From the NCBI GenBank assembly GCA_045605445.1, contig JAZUPZ010000029.1, forward strand, positions 26,265 to 90,264: 64,000 nucleotides of DNA, written 5' to 3'. The translations under genes were made by a program, and so were the position numbers. The notes below the pieces were generated by a model. It made no database searches. It was given only the letters and a program-made list of their open reading frames with translations, and was not told the origin of the DNA. Source of the stretch: Clostridia bacterium. GTDB taxonomy: Bacteria > Bacillota > Clostridia > RGIG6154. Below, piece by piece: positions 17,654 through 27,205 of this stretch. The stretch's first letter is position 1; every line of letters starts with the position of its first letter.

Positions 17654-17840
17654 AAAACTTTTCTCTGCTGCGTTACAGCTCGTTGCCGTACCTTTGTACT
17701 GTTTGCCTCGCTGTGCCTTGCAGATAAAAGTTTTTAAGAACCTGCTTGGAATGTTAAAATTGCACGCATACAGTTACAACTAAAAAAGAACAAAGTCAGG
17801 CGTCTGCCTGACTTTGAACATCAATTATTTATTATTAACT

Positions 17841-17866
17841 AAAGAGCCTTCGGGCTCTTTTTTTAC
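17841..17866. terminator. Bidirectional hairpin terminator (agagcc-ttcg-ggctct with a T-run)
   Basis: A stem-loop has flanking A and T runs and overlaps the stop codon of the small peptide gene. Confidence 0.5.
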
Positions 17867-17989
17867 TGACAGCAGTCGTTATTTCCGAAAATGCTGTCGT
17901 TTCCGTTAGAGAAAAGAGCAATTACTATAATTGCAATAATTATGATCCAGATCCAGTTTGTGTCGTTATTGCAGCAACAATTATTCATA
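17864..17989 (-). CDS. Small (41 aa) Cys-rich hydrophobic peptide, YjcZ-like (MNNCCCNNDTNWIWIIIIAIIVIALFSNGNDSIFGNNDCCQ)
   Basis: I translated this ORF by hand. It is below the 60-aa track cut-off. It has a hydrophobic core flanked by Cys/Asn/Asp-rich ends and a weak RBS aaagg. Confidence 0.45.
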
Positions 17990-18019
17990 GGGTTAACCTT
18001 TCTGCCCTTTGTAGTTTGC

Positions 18020-18046
18020 CTTCCGCCCCGGGCGAGGGCGGAAGGA
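18020..18046. other. GC-rich 10-bp-stem hairpin (ccttccgccc-cgggcga-gggcggaagg) between the two small peptide genes
   Basis: Perfect complementarity is visible in the sequence. No U-tract follows on the minus strand. Confidence 0.5.
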
Positions 18047-18060
18047 TGTACGGTTAAGTT

Positions 18061-18189
18061 CAGCAGTCAGATTTGCAATAATCGTCGCCGCAGCCGTCGT
18101 TACAGCCCTTACCGCACCAGAAGAGCAATAAGAAAAGAATAATGAACCAGAGAATTGTATCCTGGTCAAAGCCGTCAAAAAGTTTCATT
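18061..18189 (-). CDS. Small (42 aa) Cys-rich hydrophobic peptide, YjcZ-like (MKLFDGFDQDTILWFIILFLLLFWCGKGCNDGCGDDYCKSDC)
   Basis: I translated this ORF by hand. A GGAGG RBS lies 7 nt upstream of the ATG at 18189. The architecture matches the downstream peptide. Confidence 0.5.
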
Positions 18190-18271
18190 CGTCAAACCTC
18201 CTTTTCAATACATAATATGATATCTTTATATTTTTGTTACAGCGTATAACGCCTTTCGTTGACTTTTTAAA

Positions 18272-18300
18272 TAAAAAAGAGTAAAATAAGGTTATTCAAC
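18272..18300 (+). promoter_or_regulatory. Sigma-A-like promoter TTGACT-17-TAAAAT upstream of the ugtP-like gene
   Basis: The hexamers and their spacing were read directly from the sequence. Confidence 0.4.
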
Positions 18301-18322
18301 ATAAGAAGGGAGAAGATCTTAA

Positions 18323-19435
18323 TTGAAGGTACTTATTTTGTCAGTTTCAACAGGCGGAGGACACTATTCCGCAAGCCTTGCAATAGAAAAATACATAACC
18401 GAAACGGGAAACGAGGCAAAGGTTGTTGATGCATATGAATATATAAGTCCGCTTATCAGTGATTCTATTTCAAAGGGATATCTGCTTTCAACCAAGTATG
18501 CAAAAACGGTTTATGGACAGATTTACAAAAGAATGGAAAAAACCGATGCAACCGAAAAAAGAATGTATCTTTCAAAAGCGGCAAATACCGTTTTAAGCAT
18601 TCCTTTTGCAAGCTGTGTTGAGGAATATAAGCCCGATATTATCGTAAGTACTCACGTTATGGCGTGTGAAATGGTAGATGCTTTAAGAAACAGCGGAAAG
18701 CTTGATGACAATGTTATAACAATCGGAATTGTTACCGATTTTACCGTTCATCCCCTCTGGGAGGACACCTATGTTGACTATTATATAAGTGCCTCGGAGC
18801 TTTTAAACAATCAGTTTGCAAAAAAGAAAATAGACCTTGAAAAGGTTCTGCCCTTAGGAATCCCAATCGACGGGAAATATGCGGAAAAAATGCCGAAGGA
18901 GGAAGCAAGAAAGCTTCTTGGAATTGAAAACAAGCCTACCGTTCTGGTTATGAGCGGGTCAATGGGATATGGCAACATTACAAAACATATCAAGGAACTT
19001 GACAAGCTTGAAATGGATTTCCAGATGCTTATCGTCTGCGGCAAAAACAAAAGTCTTTTCAAAAGGATGAACGAGCTGAAAACTGAAAAGAGTAAAACTG
19101 TTTTTGGCTTTGTTGATAATGTTGATGTTATGATGGACGCTTCCGACTGTATAATTACCAAGCCCGGCGGACTTACCGTTTCCGAGGCTCTGGCAAAAGG
19201 TCTGCCTCTTATTTTAATGAATCCTATTCCCGGTCAGGAGGACAGAAATTTAGAGTTCCTCTTAAACAACGGAATTGCTCAGTATATAACTGACACCTAT
19301 CCGGTTGATGAAGCGGTTTTTCAGCTTTTCAACAACCAATGGAAGAAAAATAATTTAAGCGAAGGAATTAAATATATCGGAAAGCCCAATGCCACAAGGG
19401 ACCTTTGCGATTTTATAACAGGACTTGGAAAATGA
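18323..19435 (+). CDS. MGDG-synthase-family (GT28) diacylglycerol glycosyltransferase, UgtP-like
   Basis: The N-terminal LILSVSTGGGHYSAS is the hallmark of UgtP/MGDG synthase. The start is TTG with an RBS aagggagaag. Confidence 0.75.
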   Translation: MKVLILSVSTGGGHYSASLAIEKYITETGNEAKVVDAYEYISPLISDSISKGYLLSTKYAKTVYGQIYKRMEKTDATEKRMYLSKAANTVLSIPFASCVEEYKPDIIVSTHVMACEMVDALRNSGKLDDNVITIGIVTDFTVHPLWEDTYVDYYISASELLNNQFAKKKIDLEKVLPLGIPIDGKYAEKMPKEEARKLLGIENKPTVLVMSGSMGYGNITKHIKELDKLEMDFQMLIVCGKNKSLFKRMNELKTEKSKTVFGFVDNVDVMMDASDCIITKPGGLTVSEALAKGLPLILMNPIPGQEDRNLEFLLNNGIAQYITDTYPVDEAVFQLFNNQWKKNNLSEGIKYIGKPNATRDLCDFITGLGK

Positions 19436-20583
19436 AGTTGAGTAACAATGGGGTAAAAGTTTTAGAAAAGCTTAACAAAAACGGGTATGACGCCTATTTC
19501 GTTGGCGGCTGTGTCCGTGATTTTGTTATGGGCAAAACTCCCTCTGATTACGATATAACAACCTCGGCGCTTCCTGATGAAATCAAGGGTCTTTTTGAAA
19601 AAACAATTGATACGGGAATTAAACACGGAACCGTTACCGTTTTTTCGGGCGGGGAAACTTTTGAGGTTACAACCTTTCGTAGTGAAAGTGAATATGAAAA
19701 AAACCGCCGTCCGAAAAAGGTTGAGTTTGTAAAAAGCCTTGAAGAGGATTTAAAACGCCGCGATTTTACAATGAATGCAATGTGTATCAGCAAGGAAGGG
19801 GAAATTGTTGACCTTTTTGGCGGAAGATACGATATTGAAAAGAAAATAATAAAATGTGTCGGAGAGGCGGAAATCCGCTTTGAGGAAGATGCTTTAAGAA
19901 TGTTAAGGTTAATCCGTTTTGCCTGCAAAACGGGCTTTGATATTGAAAAGAAAACCTTTGAAGCCGCTAAAAAAAAGGCACATTTAATTAAAAACATAAG
20001 TGTTGAAAGAATAAAAAACGAGCTTGACGGGGCTCTTGTGGGCATATTCCCGGAAAAAATTGTTCTTCTTAAGGAAACGGGAATAGGGGAACAGCTTTTT
20101 GAAAAGCCTTTTTATGACCTTATTGCAAAGGCTCCCAAAAAGCTCAACACAAGATGGGCTCTGCTTCTTCTTAACGAGGAAAATCCGAAAGAAGTGCTCA
20201 GCCGTCTTAAGTTTGACAACAAAAGCAAAAGAGAAATTCTTTCTTTTCTTGAAAATAAAAATGCCCGTCTTGAAAATGATGAATATTTTCTGAAGTGCTT
20301 TATTTATGAAAATAAAATCTTAGGTTTCAGGGATTATCTTGAGTTCAGATGTATTCTTGACAGTTCCCTTAATCCTCTTAAGGAGAAATATGAAAAGCTT
20401 AAGCCTGCTACCTTAAGGGATCTTGAAATCAACGGAAATGTGCTTCTTGAAATGGGCTTTAAAAAGGAAGAGATAGGAAAAATTCTTGAAAGCCTCCTTT
20501 ACAGTGTTTTTAAGAATGAATCTCTTAACCAAGCGGAAAAACTTAAAGAAAAGGCAAGGGGAATAAAATGTTCTGGAAACTGA
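19432..20583 (+). CDS. cca: CCA-adding tRNA nucleotidyltransferase
   Basis: GYDAYFVGGCVRDFVMGKTPSDYDITT is the poly(A) polymerase head-domain motif. The ATG at 19432 overlaps the upstream stop (ATGA). Confidence 0.85.
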   Translation: MKLSNNGVKVLEKLNKNGYDAYFVGGCVRDFVMGKTPSDYDITTSALPDEIKGLFEKTIDTGIKHGTVTVFSGGETFEVTTFRSESEYEKNRRPKKVEFVKSLEEDLKRRDFTMNAMCISKEGEIVDLFGGRYDIEKKIIKCVGEAEIRFEEDALRMLRLIRFACKTGFDIEKKTFEAAKKKAHLIKNISVERIKNELDGALVGIFPEKIVLLKETGIGEQLFEKPFYDLIAKAPKKLNTRWALLLLNEENPKEVLSRLKFDNKSKREILSFLENKNARLENDEYFLKCFIYENKILGFRDYLEFRCILDSSLNPLKEKYEKLKPATLRDLEINGNVLLEMGFKKEEIGKILESLLYSVFKNESLNQAEKLKEKARGIKCSGN

Positions 20584-21248
20584 ATTATATAAAAGCATTA
20601 AAGCTTATAGAAAAGGGCGACGTGAAAAAGTCCTTTGAGCAGTATAAAAAAATGAAGGCTAAAAAATGCGATATGGCGGCAGTTGCAACCTACGGTTACC
20701 ATCTTCTGAATCTTGATGAAAAAGAAAAGGCAAAAGAGGTTTTTGAAAGTATTGACAAAAGCCTTATAACTGAAAAAAACGAGCTTGCGGTTAATATGAA
20801 TTTAGGACTTTTTTATTGGCTTACGGGCAAAAAAAACGAGGCAATAGAATTAACTGCAAAAACTCTCGAAAAGTTCAAAACTACTAATCTTTATATTAAC
20901 CTCGGCTATTTCCTTACCCTTGATGGTCAACTTGAAAGGGCTCTTGAGGTATGTCTTGAGGGCTATGAATTTTCGCCCGAAAACAGAGCCATACTTGACA
21001 ATCTCGGATTTACTTATCTGAAAATGGGGGAGTTTGAAAAAGCAGAGGAGATTTATGAAAAGTTGTTTAAAGGAGTATCTCCGTCATTTCCCGAGTGTTA
21101 TTACAATTACGGACTTCTTAAAAAGGCAAAAGGCGAGTTTGATGAGGCAAAAGAGCTTTTTGAAGACGCATTAAAACAGCAGTTTTCACCTCTTATTTCC
21201 CTTAAAGAGACCGACGTTTTAAAGGAGCTTGAACTATGCAAAGAATAA
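20568..21248 (+). CDS. TPR-repeat protein
   Basis: Repeated 34-aa helical units have the A..LG..Y...G..E.A pattern. Confidence 0.6.
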   Translation: MFWKLNYIKALKLIEKGDVKKSFEQYKKMKAKKCDMAAVATYGYHLLNLDEKEKAKEVFESIDKSLITEKNELAVNMNLGLFYWLTGKKNEAIELTAKTLEKFKTTNLYINLGYFLTLDGQLERALEVCLEGYEFSPENRAILDNLGFTYLKMGEFEKAEEIYEKLFKGVSPSFPECYYNYGLLKKAKGEFDEAKELFEDALKQQFSPLISLKETDVLKELELCKE

Positions 21249-22177
21249 CTGTTAATGCAAACGATGCAAATCAGAGGCTTGACAAGTTTTTAACAAAAAC
21301 CTTTCCTCAACTGCCTCAGACAATGATGTATAAGGCGATAAGAAAAAAGGATATTAAAATAAACAAAAAAAGATGCGAAATTTCCACAAGGCTCAACGAG
21401 GGCGATGTTGTTGAAATTTATGTAAAGGACGAGTTTCTTGTAAAAAAAGAAAAGCCGACGGTTAAAAATATAATGCCTGTTCTGAACATTCTTTTTGAGG
21501 ATAAAAATATAATGCTTATTGATAAGGAACCGGGAGTTTCAGTTCATAGCGACTTAACCTCCGACGAGCCTGCTCTTGTTGACATGCTTCAGGCTTATCT
21601 TTATCTTAAAGGGGAATATAACCCCGATGATGAATCCAGCTTTGCTCCTGCTCTTTGTAACAGAATCGACAAAAACACCGGCGGAATCGTAATCGCTGCA
21701 AAAAATGCAACAGCTTTGCGCATAATGAATGAGAAGATAAGAAACAGGGAAATTTCAAAAAAATATCTTTGTCTTGTTCACGGAAAGCTGTGGCCGAGGG
21801 AGGCAACCCTTAATGCTTATCATATAAAAAATGCAAAGCAGAACAGGGCCTTTATATTTAACGAAGAGGTTGAAGGTTCAAGGAAAATTGCTACAAAATA
21901 CAAAGTTTTAAAGCAAAAAGGCGGACTTTCTCTGGTTGAGGTTGAGCTCCTTACAGGAAGAACTCACCAGATAAGGGCTCATATGGCTCATATCGGTCAT
22001 CCTCTTGCAGGTGATACCAAGTACGGCACCAACGAACAGAATAAAAACTTAAAATATAAATATCAGGCGCTTTATGCCTATAAAATAAAATTTACCTTTG
22101 ACAAAAAAACCGAGCTTCACTATTTAAACGGCAAGGAATTCACCGTTAAAGAGGTTTATTTTGCAAATGATGTGTAA
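21236..22177 (+). CDS. RluA-family 23S rRNA pseudouridine synthase (RluD/RluC-like) with N-terminal S4 domain
   Basis: An S4 domain is followed by the catalytic HRLD.NTGG.V.AK and HQIRAH.A motifs. Confidence 0.85.
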   Translation: MQRITVNANDANQRLDKFLTKTFPQLPQTMMYKAIRKKDIKINKKRCEISTRLNEGDVVEIYVKDEFLVKKEKPTVKNIMPVLNILFEDKNIMLIDKEPGVSVHSDLTSDEPALVDMLQAYLYLKGEYNPDDESSFAPALCNRIDKNTGGIVIAAKNATALRIMNEKIRNREISKKYLCLVHGKLWPREATLNAYHIKNAKQNRAFIFNEEVEGSRKIATKYKVLKQKGGLSLVEVELLTGRTHQIRAHMAHIGHPLAGDTKYGTNEQNKNLKYKYQALYAYKIKFTFDKKTELHYLNGKEFTVKEVYFANDV

Positions 22178-22185
22178 GAATACAA

Positions 22186-22216
22186 GAAAAAGTCAGGCAA
22201 AAGCCTGACTTTTTCT
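22186..22216. terminator. Bidirectional terminator hairpin agtcaggc-aaaa-gcctgact with flanking A/T runs between convergent genes
   Basis: An 8-bp perfect stem with a T-run overlaps the 3' end of the AraC gene. Confidence 0.55.
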
Positions 22217-23056
22217 GTATTGCTTCGGAGTAATTCCGACAGCTTTTTTAAATGCCTTGTAAAAACTTTTCGAGGATTCGTAGCCAACTGAATGTGAAAT
22301 CTCTTCAATAGACAGTTCTTTGCTTTTTAAAAGACGCTTGGCATTTTCAATTTTCAAAAAAAGAATTCTTTCGGTGAAGTTCTGGCGGTAAAGCTTTTTA
22401 ATAATCCGCTGAAGCTGTTGAACGCTTATAAAGGTCTGCTCCGACAAATCGGTAATGGAGGGCTTTTTGTTATAGTTCAAACTGAAATACTGGTCGATGT
22501 ACGAATACTGATATTCCGTAAAGCTTGACTGAGCGGGAATCTGCATTTTGTTGTTTTCTTCGGTCAATGAATTTTTGATAAGAAAAATCAATTCGGTAAG
22601 GCAGGAAACAATAAGGCGGTCGCTGTCCGCATAGCCCGACCTTAAGTAAAAGTTAATTCTGTCAAAGCAGCGAAACTTGTCAAGGTTTTCGACTTTGGTA
22701 ATCTTGTTTTTATTGAGCTTCAAAAAAGAGTCATAGCAGGAATTGTTTTCGTTGCTTTTTACCTTGTTTATAATATAGCCTATGGAAATATAGTGGGTCA
22801 GTTCCCTGTATACGGTGTTGTGAATGAAATTGGAATTTATAAAGGCGATGTCGCCGCTGTTTAACAAAACGTTGCTTTCATCGGTATAAATTTCCATGTT
22901 TCCGTTTATAACACATATTATCTCTTCGTGAAGATGAGAGTGGCTTATCATATCCTCGTTATCGGGAGAAATGGTGGACAGGCTGCTTATCATAAACAAA
23001 AACTGTGCATCGCCTATTGTGCACTGATACTCTTTTGCAATTTTTTCACCGTTCAT
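22193..23056 (-). CDS. AraC-family transcriptional regulator (cupin sensor domain plus HTH)
   Basis: The C-terminal domain has a twin HTH_AraC signature (ISHSVGYESSKSFYKAFKK..GITP..YR). Confidence 0.85.
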   Translation of the reverse strand: MNGEKIAKEYQCTIGDAQFLFMISSLSTISPDNEDMISHSHLHEEIICVINGNMEIYTDESNVLLNSGDIAFINSNFIHNTVYRELTHYISIGYIINKVKSNENNSCYDSFLKLNKNKITKVENLDKFRCFDRINFYLRSGYADSDRLIVSCLTELIFLIKNSLTEENNKMQIPAQSSFTEYQYSYIDQYFSLNYNKKPSITDLSEQTFISVQQLQRIIKKLYRQNFTERILFLKIENAKRLLKSKELSIEEISHSVGYESSKSFYKAFKKAVGITPKQYRKSQAFA

Positions 23057-23227
23057 TTTCTATCCCGTCCTTTTAGTGAATATTACCATATGCGCTGCAA
23101 AAAGTCAATAAAAAGTATCCTTTTATATCGGTTGGCTTTCAAATATGATATATCGGGTGGTTAGAAACTGCGGACGGATATAGTATAATTTATTCGTAAG
23201 CAAACTTATAAAATGGAGATTAAAACA

Positions 23228-24124
23228 ATGAAAAATATTCTTTTTGAAGGCGTTTACAGTGCGACCTTCGCAATTTATGACAAAAATCTTGATGTAATGA
23301 AGAATAGTGTAAAAAAACTCATAGACTTTAATTTGAAAAACGGAGTAAAAGGCTTTTACGTTGGAGGTAACACGGGGGAGTGTACCGTTCTCCCGAATAA
23401 AACAAGAAAGCAGATGCTTGAAGCTGTTAAAGAGTTCTCACACGAGGGTACGGAAATAATGGCTCATATCGGCGCAGGTCATCTTGAAGATGCAGTTGAC
23501 CTTGTTAATCACGCAAATCAGATTGGTGTTGATGCAATTGCATCCCTTCCGCCGGCGCTTACCTCTTATTACAATCCTGAAGAAATTATTGAGTATTATA
23601 AATATATTTCATCAATTTCAAACAGTCCGGTGCTTGCATACGTTACCCCGGTTCTGACCTGCGATGTTGTATGGTTTGCGGAAAAAATAATGGAAATTGA
23701 TAATGTTATTGGTCTTAAGGTTTCAATTCCCGATTATTATGCTTTTGAAAAAATCAAAAATGTTAACGGCGGAGACATCAATATTTTGAACGGTCCCGAC
23801 CAGTGTATGCTTGCAGGCCTTGCAATGGGAGCAGACGGAGCAGTTGGCACAACCTACAACCTTATGCCGAAAACCTCTTGTGCAATTTACGATTGCTTTA
23901 AAAAGGGCGACATTGAAGGGGCAAGAAAAAAACAGAAACTTCTTAACCGTTGTATTGATACTCTTCTCGGAAATAATCTTGCAACCTGGAAGGAAGTTCT
24001 TAAAATGATTGATATTGACCCGGGTTATACCGTTGCGCCTACAATTATGCCCTCGGAGGAAAAGTTTGCAGAAATTGCAAAAATACTTACAGAAAAGTGT
24101 TGTGCAGAGGAAATGAAATTATAG
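23228..24124 (+). CDS. DHDPS-family aldolase, N-acetylneuraminate-lyase-like
   Basis: It has the GFYVGGNTGE motif and a candidate Schiff-base Lys in the IGLKVS context. I chose the start at MKNIL (RBS ggaga 8 nt upstream) rather than the ORF-track ATG at 23213. Confidence 0.65.
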   Translation: MKNILFEGVYSATFAIYDKNLDVMKNSVKKLIDFNLKNGVKGFYVGGNTGECTVLPNKTRKQMLEAVKEFSHEGTEIMAHIGAGHLEDAVDLVNHANQIGVDAIASLPPALTSYYNPEEIIEYYKYISSISNSPVLAYVTPVLTCDVVWFAEKIMEIDNVIGLKVSIPDYYAFEKIKNVNGGDINILNGPDQCMLAGLAMGADGAVGTTYNLMPKTSCAIYDCFKKGDIEGARKKQKLLNRCIDTLLGNNLATWKEVLKMIDIDPGYTVAPTIMPSEEKFAEIAKILTEKCCAEEMKL

Positions 24125-24222
24125 TTTAAATATAATGTTGGATTTGTCGGTTGTTATCTTAACCGTAACAAGATTTTGCTGTGCCTTGGCGAAAATAAGA
24201 ATAAGACAGAGGAGGTGCCTTT

Positions 24223-25644
24223 ATGTTGAATATTGGTAAAAAAATGGAAGTTTTCTGGGATGACTGCATTATTGATACAGAAAAAACCACAGCTTTTCAC
24301 AGGGTTATGAATCCCGTTAAAAAAGGGCAGTGCTTCACCTTTGACAGCGGATGGGAAAAGGATTATACCTGCGGATATCCCTGTATTGTAAAAGACGGTA
24401 AAAACTATAAAATGTATTATTCCTACCAGAATTATGAGGATGTATATCATCCTAAGCAGGCTCTGGCAGTTATAGAAAGTGAAGACGGAATTCACTGGAC
24501 AAGACCGAACCTTAATATATGCCTCCACCCTGAGCTTGAAGGAAAGAACAATATCGTTCTGGAACCTATCGGCGACGGATACTATGTTTTTGTTGATGAA
24601 AACCCTGCCTGTCCCTCAAAAGAAAGGTACAAGGCTGTGGGTGCCGTGTGGAGATACAATGAGGAAAAACAAAAGGACGAGCCTAAGCTATACTGTTTTG
24701 CATCTCCCGACGGATATAATTTTACGGAAATCTGTACTTTAAGAGAAGACAGTCTTTTTGACAGTATGAATATAATTTTGTGGAGAAATAACCGTTATGA
24801 GTGTTATTTCCGCAATTTCCATCCTGCAACAACAAGAGAGGGCGTTGTAAGGGATATAAGAGTTATGTATTCCGACGACTTCAGAACCTGGACCGGTGGC
24901 GATATAATTCAGTATACAGACAAAGAGGTTGATATGGAACTTTATACAAATAATATTATTGCCTACGAAAGAGCACCTCATATCCTTATAGGTTTTCCTG
25001 CCCGCTATGTTGAAAAGCCCGTATGGACAAGCAATATGGAAAGAATGAAAGGCGGAGCTGCAAAGAATTCTCTGGCTGATAATTACGGGAAAGAACGTTG
25101 CAGAAGAGCGGCTACCGACTGTTTGTTTATGTGCTCAAGAGACGGAAAAGCCTGGACAAGATATGCAGACCCATTCTTAACTCCGGGTCTTGAAAACGAA
25201 ACAAACTGGCTTTACGGAGACAACTTCCTTTCGTATAATATGATTGAAAAAAATGAAAATACCTGGTATTTATACGATATGGACAATCACGGCATTTTCG
25301 GAAAAGATAAACCTCTTACTTATTATGAAATTGTAAAAGACCGCTTTGCCTGTATAATGGCTGAAAACGATGAAAAAGTTGTTGTTACAAAGCCTTTGGT
25401 TTTTGAGGGGAAGGATTTACATCTTAATTTTTCAACCTCTGTTTACGGGCATATTCTGGTTGAGGTTCTTGATAAGGACGGCACCCCGTATCCGGAAGCA
25501 AAAAGCTTTGAGGTTTTCGGAGATACCGTTGACAGGCGGATAAGCCTTGAAAACGGTAACGATTATTCGGAATTTGCAGGAAAAGAAATAAGACTCAGGT
25601 TTACTTTAAAGCAGTCCAAGTTGTATTCTATGTATTTTAAATAA
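24223..25644 (+). CDS. BNR/Asp-box repeat protein, probable beta-propeller glycoside hydrolase
   Basis: Three Asp-box-like motifs are present (SEDGIHWT, SDDFRTWT, SRDGKAWT) and the RBS is GGAGG. No sialidase FRIP motif was seen. Confidence 0.5.
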   Translation: MLNIGKKMEVFWDDCIIDTEKTTAFHRVMNPVKKGQCFTFDSGWEKDYTCGYPCIVKDGKNYKMYYSYQNYEDVYHPKQALAVIESEDGIHWTRPNLNICLHPELEGKNNIVLEPIGDGYYVFVDENPACPSKERYKAVGAVWRYNEEKQKDEPKLYCFASPDGYNFTEICTLREDSLFDSMNIILWRNNRYECYFRNFHPATTREGVVRDIRVMYSDDFRTWTGGDIIQYTDKEVDMELYTNNIIAYERAPHILIGFPARYVEKPVWTSNMERMKGGAAKNSLADNYGKERCRRAATDCLFMCSRDGKAWTRYADPFLTPGLENETNWLYGDNFLSYNMIEKNENTWYLYDMDNHGIFGKDKPLTYYEIVKDRFACIMAENDEKVVVTKPLVFEGKDLHLNFSTSVYGHILVEVLDKDGTPYPEAKSFEVFGDTVDRRISLENGNDYSEFAGKEIRLRFTLKQSKLYSMYFK

Positions 25645-25647
25645 AAA

Positions 25648-25690
25648 AAGGGATGTAAAACATTTGTGTTTTACATCCCTTTTTTTATTG
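25648..25690. terminator. Bidirectional terminator: 13-bp stem gggatgtaaaaca/tgttttacatccc with A- and T-runs
   Basis: It lies between the convergent BNR gene and citrate synthase gene. Confidence 0.7.
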
Positions 25691-25703
25691 CGAAAAACAA
25701 GGG

Positions 25704-27080
25704 TTATTTTCTTTCGTCTAAGGGTTCGTAGGTAAGCTTGTTTGAAATGCTCTTGTATGCAGGACGGATAATTCTTCCGCCGGAAACAATTTCTTCAATT
25801 CTGTGAGCACACCAGCCAACAATTCTCGACATTGAGAAAAGAGGAGTGTAAAGGTCGTGAGAAATGCCGAGCATACTGTATACAAGGCCCGAGTAGAAGT
25901 CAACGTTTGCGCAAAGAGGCTTTTCGTGATGTTTTTCGTTGTAGAAAACTCTTGGGGTAACCTTTTCAACAAGCTCGTAAAGAGCAAATTCCTTTTCTCT
26001 TCCCTTTAAAGCGGCAAGCTCTCTTGCTTTTTCTTTAAGGAGAACAGATCTTGGGTCGGAAAGGGTGTAAATAGCGTGCCCCATTCCGTAAACAAGTCCC
26101 TTTTTGTCAAACGCCTGTTTTCTGATTATCTTTGTAACGTAAGCTTCAACCTCGTCTTCATCGTCCCAGTTTTTAACATTTTCCTTGATTTCTTTGAACA
26201 TTCTTGCAACCGTTTCTGCCGCACCGCCGTGTTTTGGACCCTTAAGAGAGCAAATGGCAGAGGAGATTGCCGCATAAGTATCGGTATCGGAAGAGGAAAC
26301 AACGTGAGTTGTAAACGCCGAGTTGTTACCGCCGCCGTGTTCCGCGTGAACAATAAGGCAAAGATCTAAAATTTCAGCCTCTTCTTTTGTATATTTATGG
26401 TCGGGACGAATCATATAAAGGAAATTCTCCGCCGTTGAAAGCTCGGGGTTGTGAGTATGAATAACAAGGCTTCCGTTTTCATATGCATATTTTTTGGTAG
26501 CATAAGCGTTGGCAATAAGAATCGGAAACTTTGCTATAAGGCTTATAGACTGGAGCATAACGTTGCTAAGGGAAATATCGTCTGCCTTATCATCATAAGA
26601 ATAAAGGGTAAGAACAGATCTTGCCAGCTTGTTCATAATGTTTTTGCTGGGAGTTTTTATAATGGTATCTTCAACAAAGTTGTCGGGAAGCTCTCTCATT
26701 TTTACAAGAAGCTTTTTGAAGGTTTTAAGATTCTCTTTGTTTGGAAGCTCGCCGAATAAAATAAGATAGCAAACCTCTTCAAAGCCGAAACGCTGTTCTT
26801 TCTGCACGCCTTCGATAAGCTTGTTTATGCTTATTCCTCTGTAAAGAAGCTTTCCGTGGGCAGGAATTTTATCGCTGTCTTCAATAACGTAGCCGTGAAC
26901 CTCTCCGATTGCGGTAAGACCTACAAGAACACCGGTGCCGTCGGAATTTCTCAGTCCTCGCTTAACGTTGTATTTGTTATAAAGTTCCATAGGGATAGCG
27001 TCGGTTATTTCAACGGTTTCAATAAGTCGTTTAACGCTTTCTTTGAATTCTGCATTTATGCTTGAAAATGTTTTTTGCAA
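25704..27080 (-). CDS. Citrate synthase
   Basis: It has the HAEHGGGNNSAFT and LKGPKHGGAAE active-site motifs and an RBS GAGGTG. Confidence 0.85.
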   Translation of the reverse strand: MQKTFSSINAEFKESVKRLIETVEITDAIPMELYNKYNVKRGLRNSDGTGVLVGLTAIGEVHGYVIEDSDKIPAHGKLLYRGISINKLIEGVQKEQRFGFEEVCYLILFGELPNKENLKTFKKLLVKMRELPDNFVEDTIIKTPSKNIMNKLARSVLTLYSYDDKADDISLSNVMLQSISLIAKFPILIANAYATKKYAYENGSLVIHTHNPELSTAENFLYMIRPDHKYTKEEAEILDLCLIVHAEHGGGNNSAFTTHVVSSSDTDTYAAISSAICSLKGPKHGGAAETVARMFKEIKENVKNWDDEDEVEAYVTKIIRKQAFDKKGLVYGMGHAIYTLSDPRSVLLKEKARELAALKGREKEFALYELVEKVTPRVFYNEKHHEKPLCANVDFYSGLVYSMLGISHDLYTPLFSMSRIVGWCAHRIEEIVSGGRIIRPAYKSISNKLTYEPLDERK

Positions 27081-27205
27081 ATTTTGTCACCTCATCTTGC
27101 ATTTGTTATGTTGGAATGCTATTATACATCATTTTGTAATAAATGTCAATAAGATACAGTAAATATATATAGTAGAAGGTGTTTTGAGTGTAGGAAAGGG
27201 GTGAG

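Noticed and set aside
17654-17840. Possible small RNA in the GC-richer stretch downstream of the second GH28 gene
   Set aside because: There is only a weak hairpin (17794-17813) and no conserved motif I can name. The evidence is insufficient.
17891-18178. Track ORFs 17891-18142 (+) and 17993-18178 (-)
   Set aside because: Their translations are low-complexity. They overlap two minus-strand small ORFs that have an RBS and a coherent peptide architecture.
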